32,000 bases of DNA from Acaryochloris marina S15 (lineage in GTDB: Bacteria > Cyanobacteriota > Cyanobacteriia > Thermosynechococcales > Thermosynechococcaceae): assembly GCF_018336915.1 (NCBI RefSeq), contig NZ_CP064923.1, positions 2,040,001 through 2,072,000 on the forward strand. The letters run 5' to 3'. The translations under genes were made by a program, and so were the position numbers. Below the pieces are notes generated by a model, which searched no databases, was not told the origin of the DNA, and saw only the letters and a list, made by a program, of their open reading frames with translations. Position 1 is the stretch's first letter; every line of letters starts with the position of its first letter. Positions 17,015 through 25,377 of the stretch are shown in pieces.

Positions 17015-17620
17015 ATGTCTTCATTAATTGGCCATAGCTTGGCTGGATTAACGGTCGGGGTTACGAATAAGTATTCCTGCTTTCTAGCAACATCCTGGGC
17101 AAGACTGCTGTGGATGTTCTAGCTGGTTGTAGTTGCGATCGCACCTGACTTCGATTATGTTGTACCTTTCTTATATCCCAGTGCCAATGCAGGATTGTGC
17201 ATTACTCATTCCCTCTGCTGCGCTCTGCTTTTACCCACTCTCACCATTGTTTGTCTGAGAGTATTGGGATGCGATCGCAAATCCCTCTCCAAGGCCACAG
17301 CACAGTTGACCTTAGCAAGTTTGTCCCACATCGGCTTAGACCTTTTAGTGGGCGTCACTGCTTTGCCCCTACTGTGGCCTATCAACAGCAATGTATTTAA
17401 GCTCCCATTCGGTCTCCTTCCCAGTGCAGGCAAGCCCAGCCTGTCCAACTACTATTTCTACTACAACTTAGGCATTGAAATGGGCGCACTGATTCCCTTA
17501 AGCTGTGGCCTAATCATTAGCCAATACAAAAGACTATCCGTGTGGAGATGGGGAATTATTAGCCTGCTCTTGTCAGTGTCGGCCTATTTCATGAATTGGG
17601 CCTATGGGTTAAGTCGCTAG
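17015..17620 (+). pseudogene. Membrane-bound metal-dependent hydrolase (YdjM/DUF457 family) disrupted by an in-frame TAG
   Basis: ATG at 17015 gives MSSLIGHSLAGLTVGV...LLWMF, then TAG at 17120-17122. The same frame continues LVVVAIAPDFDYVVPF...ITHS...SHIGLDLLVG to 17620. The stop is probably a TGG to TAG change. Confidence 0.65.
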
Positions 17621-17717
17621 CACCATCTCCTGAGGGTGATGGCGGTCTCCCCCCTACATCATCCGATACAACATAGAGTAATGATTCAGACAAAAAATTC
17701 TTAGTGCCCCTTATCAC

Positions 17718-18236
17718 ATGGAACTCCATCTTGTTGATCAAAATCCAGCTGTAGTCACGGCTTGGCAAACCTCTTTTGCCCATATTGAAGGGGTGTTTAT
17801 TCACCCAGGAGATATCCTTTCGATCGCTGAAGATACGATTGTTTCCCCAGCCAATAGTTATGGATATATGGATGGAGGAATTGATAATTTATATATCAAG
17901 TTCTTCGGATTAAAAACACAGACAACACTGCATAAGATAATCGAAAAAAGATTAGAAGGATATTTACCCATTGGCTGCGCTGAAATCATAAAAACAGATC
18001 ACCACCGAATACCGTATATGATTGCCGCGCCAACAATGGTAACTCCAGAAGCAATACCTTCGAAAAACTGTTTTTATGCAATGATAGCTATCTTGAATTT
18101 AGCTTCACAATATCCACACATTGGCAAAATTTTCTGTCCGGGGCTAGGAACAGGTATCGGTTGTGTTGAACCTACTCTTGCAGCCCAGGAGATGGCAATG
18201 GCTTACAGGAAGTGGTTATATTGTTCCCCAGCTTGA
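17718..18236 (+). CDS. Macro domain (ADP-ribose binding/hydrolase) protein
   Basis: 172 aa with SPANSYGYMDGGID and a downstream GLGTGIG glycine-rich loop, typical of stand-alone macrodomains. Confidence 0.7.
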   Translation: MELHLVDQNPAVVTAWQTSFAHIEGVFIHPGDILSIAEDTIVSPANSYGYMDGGIDNLYIKFFGLKTQTTLHKIIEKRLEGYLPIGCAEIIKTDHHRIPYMIAAPTMVTPEAIPSKNCFYAMIAILNLASQYPHIGKIFCPGLGTGIGCVEPTLAAQEMAMAYRKWLYCSPA

Positions 18237-18445
18237 TAGCACAACTTTTTGTGCTATAGGAGGGAAATAATAATCGAGTGATTCTTATTATTAAGAATAT
18301 GACACAACTAATGCTGATCAAAAAGATGATTTTCTTGACCCTCAGCCTTATCGGCATGAGTCAGCCTATATTACAAAATCCAAAACAGGCAATAGCACAA
18401 AACTCGTCTTTAATTCCTTCAACATCTGCACAGAAACAGGCTGAT

Positions 18446-18999
18446 TTATTACTCTATGGAGGTCCTTGAACCCGATCTCCATTAGTATAATGGTATCTCG
18501 AAGAACTAGCAGTCCCGTATCAGTATGTTTCTTTAGATATCCGAGGCCAAGAACAGCGACAGCCTAAATTTCTAACCATCAATCCCATAACTTAAAAGTT
18601 CCAGCCATAGTAGATGGAACTTTTAAGTTATGGGAATCTGGCGCCATTCTCCTTTATTTGTCAGATAAATATGGAAAAGAACCACAGTCTATCGAAGAAC
18701 GAGCCATCCTAAATCAATGGGTCATCTTCGCTAATGCAACCCTAGGACCCGGACTATTTCGCAAAGATCGACGAGAGCGAGAAATGCCCAGATTACTGGC
18801 ACCTTTAAATGACATCGTTGAACAACAGCCCTTTATCCTTGGCTCTGAACTCAGCGCAGCAGATGTAGCAGTAGGTTCATACTTGTACTATGCCAAACTC
18901 GGGCTGTCTCTAAATTTCAGTGACTACCCAGCTGTAGACACCTATCTCAATCGCCTCTCAAAGCGGCCAGCATTTATCAAAACCATGGGGCCGCCATAA
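18446..18999 (+). pseudogene. Glutathione S-transferase pseudogene (two nonsense codons plus one frameshift)
   Basis: Frame 2 reads LLLYGGP-TGA(18467)-TRSPLV-TAA-WYLEELAVPYQYVSLDIRGQEQRQPKFLTINPIT-TAA. After a -1 shift near 18590, frame 1 reads KVPAIVDGTFKLWESGAILLYLSDKYGKEP... through an intact C-terminal GST domain to 18999. Confidence 0.8.
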
Positions 19000-19040
19000 A
19001 GTCGCACCAATGCCCTGACAATCAGTCGTTCAATGGTGAC

Positions 19041-19754
19041 TCATCCTTTTGCTAGTGATTTGAGAGCCGGATCGGTAAAGTCTTGGATACAGTATTCAGC
19101 ACCCGCCTGTTTCAGTTCTGGTTCTGAGTGAGTGGTGAGGACACCCCAGCATCGCATTCCCGCATTTCGCGCCGCTTGCGTACCTACGATCGCATCTTCA
19201 AATACCAAACATTGATCCGGTGAAACCCCCAACCGTTCTGCCACTAACAGATAGCACTGAGGATCAGGTTTGCCTCGTTCCACATCCGTTTCGATCACCT
19301 GGGCAGCAAAGAAGCCCCCGAGTTGATCTTGCTCCATCAATAAGTCCACATTTTCCCGACAGGCAGAGGTTCCTAATCCTAGCTTGAGCCCTGCGGCCTG
19401 AGCCTGTTGCAAAAATGAAATTAGCCCCGGCATCCACTGAATCTCATCCTTGATTAAAGAGCGATAAACGGCTTCCTTCTCAGACCCCCAGCGCTGAATA
19501 TCGGCATCAGAAACAGGATGTCCTAACAACTCAGGCAACAGATCTTCATTCCGTTTTCCCCCCATTTGCTCTAAACGGTCTCGGCTAGCCACGGCTAATT
19601 CTGGAATCGTCGCACTATATTGCAGCCAAGCATCCAGGTGATAGGGCATCGTATCGCAAAGAACCCCATCCATATCGAAAATTAGGGCTTGCAAAGGCAA
19701 TGTAGAATTCGCAACGACCTGACTTTGAGGAGAAATAGAAGCTGGTTCATTCAT
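19041..19754 (-). CDS. HAD superfamily hydrolase (beta-phosphoglucomutase-like subfamily IA)
   Basis: 237 aa with motif I FDMDGVLCDT, motif II GLGTSA, and motifs III/IV KPDP...FEDA..G. Confidence 0.85.
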   Translation of the reverse strand: MNEPASISPQSQVVANSTLPLQALIFDMDGVLCDTMPYHLDAWLQYSATIPELAVASRDRLEQMGGKRNEDLLPELLGHPVSDADIQRWGSEKEAVYRSLIKDEIQWMPGLISFLQQAQAAGLKLGLGTSACRENVDLLMEQDQLGGFFAAQVIETDVERGKPDPQCYLLVAERLGVSPDQCLVFEDAIVGTQAARNAGMRCWGVLTTHSEPELKQAGAEYCIQDFTDPALKSLAKG

Positions 19755-19842
19755 AAGGCAAAGGATCCAAAACTGAACACACCGTAGAAAACATGCTAAC
19801 TTTTATAAAGTTTATTTAAGCATCCTGCCTGCCTTTTGCCCT

Positions 19843-20310
19843 ATGACTTTGTCAAAACTCTTGTACTGGACCTATACCTTCATTCATCCAGTCCTGATGT
19901 GGACATTATTAGGCATCTGTATCTATGCAATGACTTTAGGGCTGAAGATTCGCACCACTCGCACCACCACAGATAAAGATCTGCGTAAATCCCTGATCAA
20001 GCAGCGGTTCAATATCAAACATCACCAAATTGGGGCATTGTTGCTATCAGTCATGGTCCTTGGGGCAATTGGCGGTATGGGAGTCACCTATATCAACAAC
20101 GGCAAGCTATTTGTGGGAGCTCACCTATTAGCAGGGTTGGGCATGACAGGACTTGTAGCAATTCTTGCCAGTCTCACTCCCCTGATGCAGCGGGGGAGTC
20201 AAACCGCTCGCAATGTCCATTTATGGCTGAGTATATTGATTCTAGGCCTCTTCGGTTGGGAGGCACTTACCGGTATGCAAATTGTGCAACGGATTATCGA
20301 ACAGGGCTAG
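19843..20310 (+). CDS. DUF4079 family membrane protein
   Basis: 155 aa with four TM helices and conserved His positions (IHPVLMW, KHHQIGALLL, GAHLLAG), typical of cyanobacterial/plastid DUF4079. Confidence 0.65.
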   Translation: MTLSKLLYWTYTFIHPVLMWTLLGICIYAMTLGLKIRTTRTTTDKDLRKSLIKQRFNIKHHQIGALLLSVMVLGAIGGMGVTYINNGKLFVGAHLLAGLGMTGLVAILASLTPLMQRGSQTARNVHLWLSILILGLFGWEALTGMQIVQRIIEQG

Positions 20311-20365
20311 AAACCCTTGCCACAACATAATATTGTTAACATAAGTTCACCTAACCTCAATAGAT

Positions 20366-20839
20366 ATGACCTCTACAGCAAGTTCCAATCGTTGGCTCAC
20401 ACTTTTATTTCAGTCCACCTCGGACACGACCGTTTGGTTCCAAGTAGCCTTGACGATCTTGCGAGTCGTCGTGAGCTTTTTCATGATTCACAATGGCTTG
20501 GATAAGCTAGCCGATGTGGACGGGTTTGCCACCAACGTGGTTGCTAATGGCATGGGCCTCCCATTTCCCGTGTTTCTCACCTATTGCTCTGCCTATGCCG
20601 AAATCATCGGCTCCATTCTGCTGATTTTAGGTCTGCTGAGTCGGCCTGCAGCCTTGTCTTTGTTCTTCACCATGGCCATGGCAATTTACTTCCACCTCAA
20701 AGTCGATGGCCTGCAAATTGGGTCTTTTGAAACCGCCACCCTTTATGCCTGTGCGTTTCTATTTTTCCTCGTCAATGGCGGGGGGCAATATTCTCTCGAT
20801 GCGCTGATTAGCAAGCAACTCAACGGATCTAACGATTAA
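20366..20839 (+). CDS. DoxX family membrane protein
   Basis: 157 aa with four TM helices and the DoxX-like pattern RVVVSFFMIHNGLDKL...AEIIGSILLILGLLSRPAAL. Confidence 0.8.
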   Translation: MTSTASSNRWLTLLFQSTSDTTVWFQVALTILRVVVSFFMIHNGLDKLADVDGFATNVVANGMGLPFPVFLTYCSAYAEIIGSILLILGLLSRPAALSLFFTMAMAIYFHLKVDGLQIGSFETATLYACAFLFFLVNGGGQYSLDALISKQLNGSND

Positions 20840-20861
20840 TCTCAGATTTTACCAATATTTG

Positions 20862-20895
20862 AAAAAGCATCCGGTCCTTAAACTGGGTGCTTTTT
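20862..20895. terminator. Bidirectional intrinsic terminator between convergent doxX-like and dnaB genes
   Basis: AAAAAGCATCC (20862-20872) pairs with GGGTGCTTTTT (20885-20895), with one G-U pair. A-run and T-run flanks give a U-tract on either strand. Confidence 0.6.
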
Positions 20896-20905
20896 CATTG
20901 AGGCA

Positions 20906-22264
20906 TCAACCCATTCCTTCCGATTTTGCCAAATTAAAAAAGCGGGTTAGCTTGGGTTCAAACAGCAGTTTTACCGTACCCACAGGACCGTTTCGGTGTT
21001 TGGCAATATTGAGTTCGCAGATGCCTCTCTCCGCGCTGTCAGGATCATAATAATCATCCCGATACAGAAGAACAATTAAATCTGCATCCTGCTCAATGGA
21101 ACCAGATTCTCTTAAGTCAGACATCAAAGGACGTTTGTTGGTCCGGGATTCTACACCCCGACTAAGCTGAGATAGGGCCACAACCGGGACATTTAGCTCA
21201 CGAGCTAAGCCTTTCAAAGCTCGGGTAATTTTAGAAATTTCCTGCACACGCCCATCTGTAGCCTCCCCGCCCATGAGCTGGAGATAGTCTAATAAAATCA
21301 TTCCCAAGCCTTCGGGATGCTCTGATTGTAGGCGTCGAGCATTGGACCGCAGTTCCGTAATCGAGGGATTAGGCGAATCATCAATATAAATCGAGAGCTG
21401 AGAGAGCTTACCAATGGCTCGACTCAGGGGTTCCCACTGGGTTTGATTAATCCGTCCAGCCCGCAGGTAGTTACTGTCAATACCGGCCTCTCCAGCCAGC
21501 ATCCGTTGAACTAACTGCTCTTTAGACATCTCCAAACTAAAGATAGCGACGCCCAAATTATGGATTTCACAAATTTGACGAGCAATTTGTAGGGCGAGTG
21601 CCGTCTTACCCATGGCAGGACGACCCGCCACAATAATCAAATCTGACCGCTGGAAACCTTGGGTCATGGCATCCAAATCGTAGAAGTTGCAGGATAATCC
21701 TGGTAAGACTTGCCCTAAAGATCGCTGTTCTAAATCAGCGAAGGTACTCGCCAAAATATCTTCCGTGGCGACCAATCCTTGCCGAACCCGATCTTGGGTA
21801 ACGTTAAAAATTTGTTGTTCAGCTTCGTCCAGAACCGTTTCCAAGGTTTTGGAGGTGTCATAGGCCAGTTGCATGACCTCTGTCGCTCCCTTGATCAACT
21901 GCCGCCGCAAAAACTTGTCTTTGATCAGGGCCGCATATTGGTCAATATTAATGGCGCTGACCGTGCGATCCACCAACTGAGCTAGCTTGCCTTGGCCTCC
22001 CACTTTGTCGAGGAGATCATGATCTTGCAGCCAAGCGGTCACACACATCAAATCAGTGGGGCTGCCTTGGCCATGAAGATTCAGTGCGGCACGATAAATT
22101 TCTTGATGCGCACTGAGATAAAAGGTCTCGGGTCGCAGTAAATCTGCAACTCGGCCAATGGCTTCGGGGTCCAGAAGAATACCCCCCAGAATGGATTCTT
22201 CGGCTTCAACATTCTGTGGGGGTAAGCGATCGCTAGCAGGCTGAAAATCTAGCTCGTAAACCAT
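20906..22264 (-). CDS. dnaB: Replicative DNA helicase DnaB (no intein)
   Basis: 452 aa with PPQNVEAEESILGGILLDPE at the N-terminus, Walker A GRPAMGKT, and the LSQLSR and RNGPVG motifs. Confidence 0.95.
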   Translation of the reverse strand: MVYELDFQPASDRLPPQNVEAEESILGGILLDPEAIGRVADLLRPETFYLSAHQEIYRAALNLHGQGSPTDLMCVTAWLQDHDLLDKVGGQGKLAQLVDRTVSAINIDQYAALIKDKFLRRQLIKGATEVMQLAYDTSKTLETVLDEAEQQIFNVTQDRVRQGLVATEDILASTFADLEQRSLGQVLPGLSCNFYDLDAMTQGFQRSDLIIVAGRPAMGKTALALQIARQICEIHNLGVAIFSLEMSKEQLVQRMLAGEAGIDSNYLRAGRINQTQWEPLSRAIGKLSQLSIYIDDSPNPSITELRSNARRLQSEHPEGLGMILLDYLQLMGGEATDGRVQEISKITRALKGLARELNVPVVALSQLSRGVESRTNKRPLMSDLRESGSIEQDADLIVLLYRDDYYDPDSAERGICELNIAKHRNGPVGTVKLLFEPKLTRFFNLAKSEGMG

Positions 22265-22334
22265 AGGTATGCCAACAGGTAAATCCCTTTAGTTAGAGGA
22301 TAATCTGACTTGGGAGGTGCCAGCACCCTAGTAT

Positions 22335-22793
22335 TTATAGAGGAACAACTTCCACTTTGACAGTAGCAATTATTTCTGGGTGGAGTTTAATATCCACGGA
22401 GTAAGTTCCCAGCTTGCGGATATCGGGGATATCGATGCCTCGCTTATCGATTTCGAAACCGCTGATATTAGCGATGAGTTCGGCAACGTCAGGAGAGGTG
22501 ACTCGACCGAATAGCATCTCTTCTTCGCCTGCTTTTTGCTCAATGCGGAAGGTGCCAATGGTTTGGAGGGCGACTTTTTGTTTCGCGGCCTCGTCCTTAA
22601 TGCCTTCTAAGCGCTTGAGTTCTTCGGCTTTGCGATACTCAATCTGCTTGAGTACACCAGGAGTGGCTCGATAAGCGATTCCCTTCGGAATTAAATAGTT
22701 GCGGGCAAATCCAGGCGCAACTTCTACTAGGTCTCCTGAATAACCTAGTTTTCTGACATCTTCATTCAATACGAGCTGAACGCGTTTTCCCAT
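22335..22793 (-). CDS. rplI: 50S ribosomal protein L9
   Basis: 152 aa starting MGKRVQLVLNEDVRKLGYSGDLVEVAPGFARNYLIPKGIA. Lies in the canonical rplI-dnaB arrangement. Confidence 0.95.
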   Translation of the reverse strand: MGKRVQLVLNEDVRKLGYSGDLVEVAPGFARNYLIPKGIAYRATPGVLKQIEYRKAEELKRLEGIKDEAAKQKVALQTIGTFRIEQKAGEEEMLFGRVTSPDVAELIANISGFEIDKRGIDIPDIRKLGTYSVDIKLHPEIIATVKVEVVPL

Positions 22794-22989
22794 AGCCCTA
22801 AGTGCGTCGATACATAAATTTCAGTGAAAGCACTTGATCATACCCAACTTGGAGGTGCTTTGGCAATGTCAATTTTCGAATATCGTAAGAGCCACTGATT
22901 TGGAGAGTTCTATTAACTGGTGATTTTTTAAAACTGTTTGCGTGGATGCAATGGAGATGTGCTAGAATCCAAAACTGTTGACAAAGTAG

Positions 22990-23071
22990 GGGTCGGTGCC
23001 CGAGTGGTTAATGGGGGCGGACTGTAAATCCGCTGGCTACGCCTACGCTGGTTCAAATCCAGCCCGGCCCA
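22990..23071 (+). tRNA. tRNA-Tyr (GTA), class II with a long variable arm
   Basis: Hand-folded. Acceptor GGGTCGG/CCGGCCC; anticodon arm GCGGA-CTGTAAA-TCCGC; 13-nt variable arm; T-arm GCTGG-TTCAAAT-CCAGC; discriminator A. No encoded CCA. Confidence 0.93.
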
Positions 23072-23084
23072 TTGTCAATAATTT

Positions 23085-23156
23085 GCCCATGTGGCTCAGT
23101 GGTAGAGCACACCCTTGGTAAGGGTGAGGTCACCGGTTCAATCCCGGTCATGGGCT
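23085..23156 (+). tRNA. tRNA-Thr (GGT)
   Basis: Hand-folded. Acceptor GCCCATG/CATGGGC; D-arm GCTC-AGTGGTA-GAGC; anticodon arm CACCC-TTGGTAA-GGGTG; T-arm ACCGG-TTCAATC-CCGGT. Confidence 0.93.
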
Positions 23157-23466
23157 TTGACTACAAACCTTATAGATTCAGTGTTTCAGCAGCTTTTATG
23201 AATGGCTTGGGTGTCATTCTTCTTTTTAATTTGTTCAAACGCTGCTCCCGAGGTCAACATCATAGTGCTGTCGAGATGACATTGATCCTCGTATAGGACT
23301 GCAATTGATCAGTTTTTCAATACTCTCTTGAGATTTATCGGGAGGTACATGAGTTTTGTTGTCTAGCCCTGGCAATACTAGTAGCGTCTCCAGAAACAGG
23401 GACTTTCATTAATCCCTACAGAAGTAATCAAGAAATATTTAATTTTGACAATCGAGAGGTGATTTT

Positions 23467-24198
23467 ATGAAGCTTAATCAGCTTATTGCTGTCATGCAGT
23501 CAGTGAAAAAAAGAGCTGCAGACGAGAAGACAAAGATATACAAACAGACTCAGAAACCTGAACTATTTCAAGGCTTATCGCGGACCTACTCACCAAAGGA
23601 TGAAGAAGGCCATGTTTATCCCCCGGAATCTCAGAAGGTCACATATAAGGCAGGGGAGGCACTAGAAGCCTTCTCAAAAGCCTGCCAGGACTTATTTGAT
23701 AGTGCTTTAACCCAAGATGAAGCTAATACCTCAGCAAGAGCCAACATAACCTTGGATGACGACACAGTGATTGCGTCCGATGTCCCGGTCACATACTTGA
23801 TGTTTTTAGACAAGCAGTTGACCGATATCAGAACCTTTCTCAGCCATATCCCTACCTTGCCCATTGATGAGGACTGGGAATATGACTCTAACCGAGGATT
23901 TTATGTCACTCGCCCCCGAGAGACCACTAAGACAAAGAAGGTGCAAGAGTTTGTGATTGCTGCTGAGGCAACAGAACATCACCCTGCCCAAGTCAAAGAA
24001 GTTACGAACGATGTGGTTGAGGGGACCTGGTCTTTGGTTAAGTTCTCTGGTGCTTTGCCACAGTCAGAACTAGATGAAATGCGGCTTCGACTTGATGTAC
24101 TTCAAAAAGCTGTAATCAAGGCTAGAGAAGAAGCAAATAGCATCGAAGTAAGTCAAAGAACTATATCGAATAACATTTTTGACTATTTATTTAGGTAA
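23467..24198 (+). CDS. Hypothetical 243-aa protein, unknown function, encoded immediately upstream of two tRNA-like RNA modules
   Basis: ORF with SD GAGAGG 7 nt upstream of the ATG. It is hydrophilic, has helical/coiled-coil-like N- and C-termini, and shows no catalytic motif I recognise. No terminator lies between its stop and the downstream RNA modules. Confidence 0.8.
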   Translation: MKLNQLIAVMQSVKKRAADEKTKIYKQTQKPELFQGLSRTYSPKDEEGHVYPPESQKVTYKAGEALEAFSKACQDLFDSALTQDEANTSARANITLDDDTVIASDVPVTYLMFLDKQLTDIRTFLSHIPTLPIDEDWEYDSNRGFYVTRPRETTKTKKVQEFVIAAEATEHHPAQVKEVTNDVVEGTWSLVKFSGALPQSELDEMRLRLDVLQKAVIKAREEANSIEVSQRTISNNIFDYLFR

Positions 24199-24239
24199 GG
24201 TTAGATTGAGTGTGAGCATAGATTTAGATTCAGTATCTT

Positions 24240-24314
24240 AAAGGTGATTGGATGGTTCAAATCCTCCCTCTCGCACTGATAGGCGAGAGTGTGCTAATTG
24301 GTAAAGCAGCTTTT
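24240..24314 (+). ncRNA. Circularly permuted tRNA-like module 1 (Y-RNA/YrlA-like architecture, degenerate T-stem)
   Basis: Elements in order: AAAGG (24240-44); variable TGATTG; T-arm GATGG-TTCAAAT-CCTCC (3 of 5 bp); acceptor 3' strand CTCTCGC (24268-74); 8-nt loop; acceptor 5' strand GCGAGAG (24283-89); TG; D-arm TGCT-AATTGGTAA-AGCA; G; CTTTT (24310-14). CTTTT pairs back with AAAGG. Confidence 0.5.
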
Positions 24315-24405
24315 GATGCATTAAGACTAAAAAATCAAACTCAGTTTATTGCTCTAGTCTTAATCTAAAATCCACTCTTGTGAATCAACCAAAGTTCAAC
24401 AACAC

Positions 24406-24478
24406 ATGGGATATACGAGTTCAACTCTCGTCCCGCTCCCCAAATCTTGAGCGGGTAGTTTAATGGCAAAACACCCTT
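24406..24478 (+). ncRNA. Circularly permuted tRNA-like module 2 (Y-RNA/YrlA-like architecture)
   Basis: Elements in order: ATGGG (24406-10); variable ATAT; perfect T-arm ACGAG-TTCAACT-CTCGT; acceptor 3' strand CCCGCTC (24432-38); loop CCCAAATCTT, which begins like discriminator plus CCA; acceptor 5' strand GAGCGGG (24449-55); TA; D-arm GTTT-AATGGCA-AAAC; A; CCCTT (24474-78), pairing with ATGGG. A possible outer helix pairs CCACTCTTG (24372-80) with CAAGCAAGTGG (24520-30). Confidence 0.6.
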
Positions 24479-24543
24479 GTATTAAACTGATTGAGCTTTA
24501 ACCGGACATAAAATAGTCTCAAGCAAGTGGCTCTTATACACTG

Positions 24544-24580
24544 AACCCCGGCAGGTGGTATTTGCTGGGGTTTGTCTTTA
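24544..24580 (+). terminator. Rho-independent terminator closing the protein plus tRNA-like RNA unit
   Basis: AACCCCGGCAG (24544-54) pairs with TTGCTGGGGTT (24562-72), including G-U pairs. It is followed by the T-rich stretch TGTCTTT (24573-24579). Confidence 0.7.
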
Positions 24581-24729
24581 GCTATACTCACTTTCGGCGA
24601 TGGTATTTCATAATGAGATCCTAGCCTGGATTAAGAGCATCTCCGAAGTACTTCTATAAAAAGATATAGGTTTCAATTGATGTAAAAAAAGAGTTATTGA
24701 CAGTCTCGGAATTGGGTGAATTAAATTCC

Positions 24730-24758
24730 AAAAAGTGTCTTTTGCTTAAAAGAACACT
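24730..24758 (-). terminator. Rho-independent terminator downstream of the small FHA gene
   Basis: The minus strand reads AGTGTTCTTTT-AAGC-AAAAGACACT followed by TTTTT. Confidence 0.55.
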
Positions 24759-24900
24759 GGTCTAATTCCTGCCTTGAGCTTATTAAGAAATTCTTACATA
24801 GAAAAATACTTGCTGATTACTGTAATTTCTGGCAGTCACCACAAAAGAGATAATTGTAAATTTAATAAAAAATCTATCCTAATGTATTTCTACCTACTAA

Positions 24901-25377
24901 TTACAACATAATCGTTGTCGCCTCATTCTCATCTAATCGGGATGAGCAACTATATTGAGTGATCTGCGAAAAATCAGCAAAAAATTCCTCTTTATTTATG
25001 AGCCGACTAGATGAATGAAAAACCGCTTTGACCACTCCTCCAAATAAAATTCGATCGCCATTAACTAGAGTGTGACTCTGAACACGGTTGCCATTGACAA
25101 AGACACCGTTGAAACTCGATTTACCATTAACTGTTCCATCAATCAGTTGATATTGATAGGTTCCTTGACTTAAATCAGATATCTTCTCTACAGTTGCATG
25201 GATACGTGAAATCATATCGTTGGCCACTACTATGTCATTAGATGAATCCCGACCAATGGTATATTTCCAATTCATTAATGTGACTATCTTTTTAGGTTTT
25301 GTATTAACAACAAGATAATGATGCTGCTTGAAGTGATGTGTTTGCTGACGCATACTATTTCTATATGTATATACCAA
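24901..25377 (-). CDS. Small stand-alone FHA domain protein
   Basis: The FHA core is IGRDSSNDIVVANDMISRIHATV...NGVFVNGNRV...LVNGDRILFG. The track start at 25377 is a TTG, so the ATG at 25353 (150 aa) may be the true start. Confidence 0.8.
   Translation of the reverse strand: MVYTYRNSMRQQTHHFKQHHYLVVNTKPKKIVTLMNWKYTIGRDSSNDIVVANDMISRIHATVEKISDLSQGTYQYQLIDGTVNGKSSFNGVFVNGNRVQSHTLVNGDRILFGGVVKAVFHSSSRLINKEEFFADFSQITQYSCSSRLDENEATTIML

Noticed and set aside
18278-18469. 63-aa ORF with a signal-peptide-like segment as a secreted peptide gene
   Set aside because: It lies in AT-rich sequence and has no SD. Its 3' end is simply the in-frame N-terminus (LLLYGGP) of the GST pseudogene, terminated by that pseudogene's first nonsense codon.
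22978-22983. TTGACA hexamer as the tRNA-Tyr promoter -35 box
   Set aside because: It lies only 7 nt from the mature tRNA 5' end. A TAGAAT at 22963-22968 is a more plausible -10, but its best -35 (TTGCGT, 22938-43) has a 19-nt spacer, so I do not call a promoter.
23072-23296. 74-aa ORF overlapping the tRNA genes
   Set aside because: It reads straight through tRNA-Thr and the tail of tRNA-Tyr, so it is an artefact of ORF calling.
24240-24478. The permuted tRNA-like modules as a two-piece (permuted) tmRNA gene
   Set aside because: The acceptor stems lack the G3-U70 alanine identity pair. A normal D-stem is present, which tmRNA lacks. No resume codon or ANN...AA-type tag reading frame follows.
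24205-24530. The modules as ordinary tRNA genes, tRNA pseudogenes, or att-site duplications from island integration
   Set aside because: Neither the 5' halves nor the 3' halves extend into a complete cloverleaf, since no anticodon arm pairs in linear order. GTGTGAG (24211-17) could pair with CTCTCGC but would leave only 65 nt for a tRNA. Neither module matches the adjacent tRNA-Thr or tRNA-Tyr 3' ends, and no integrase is present.
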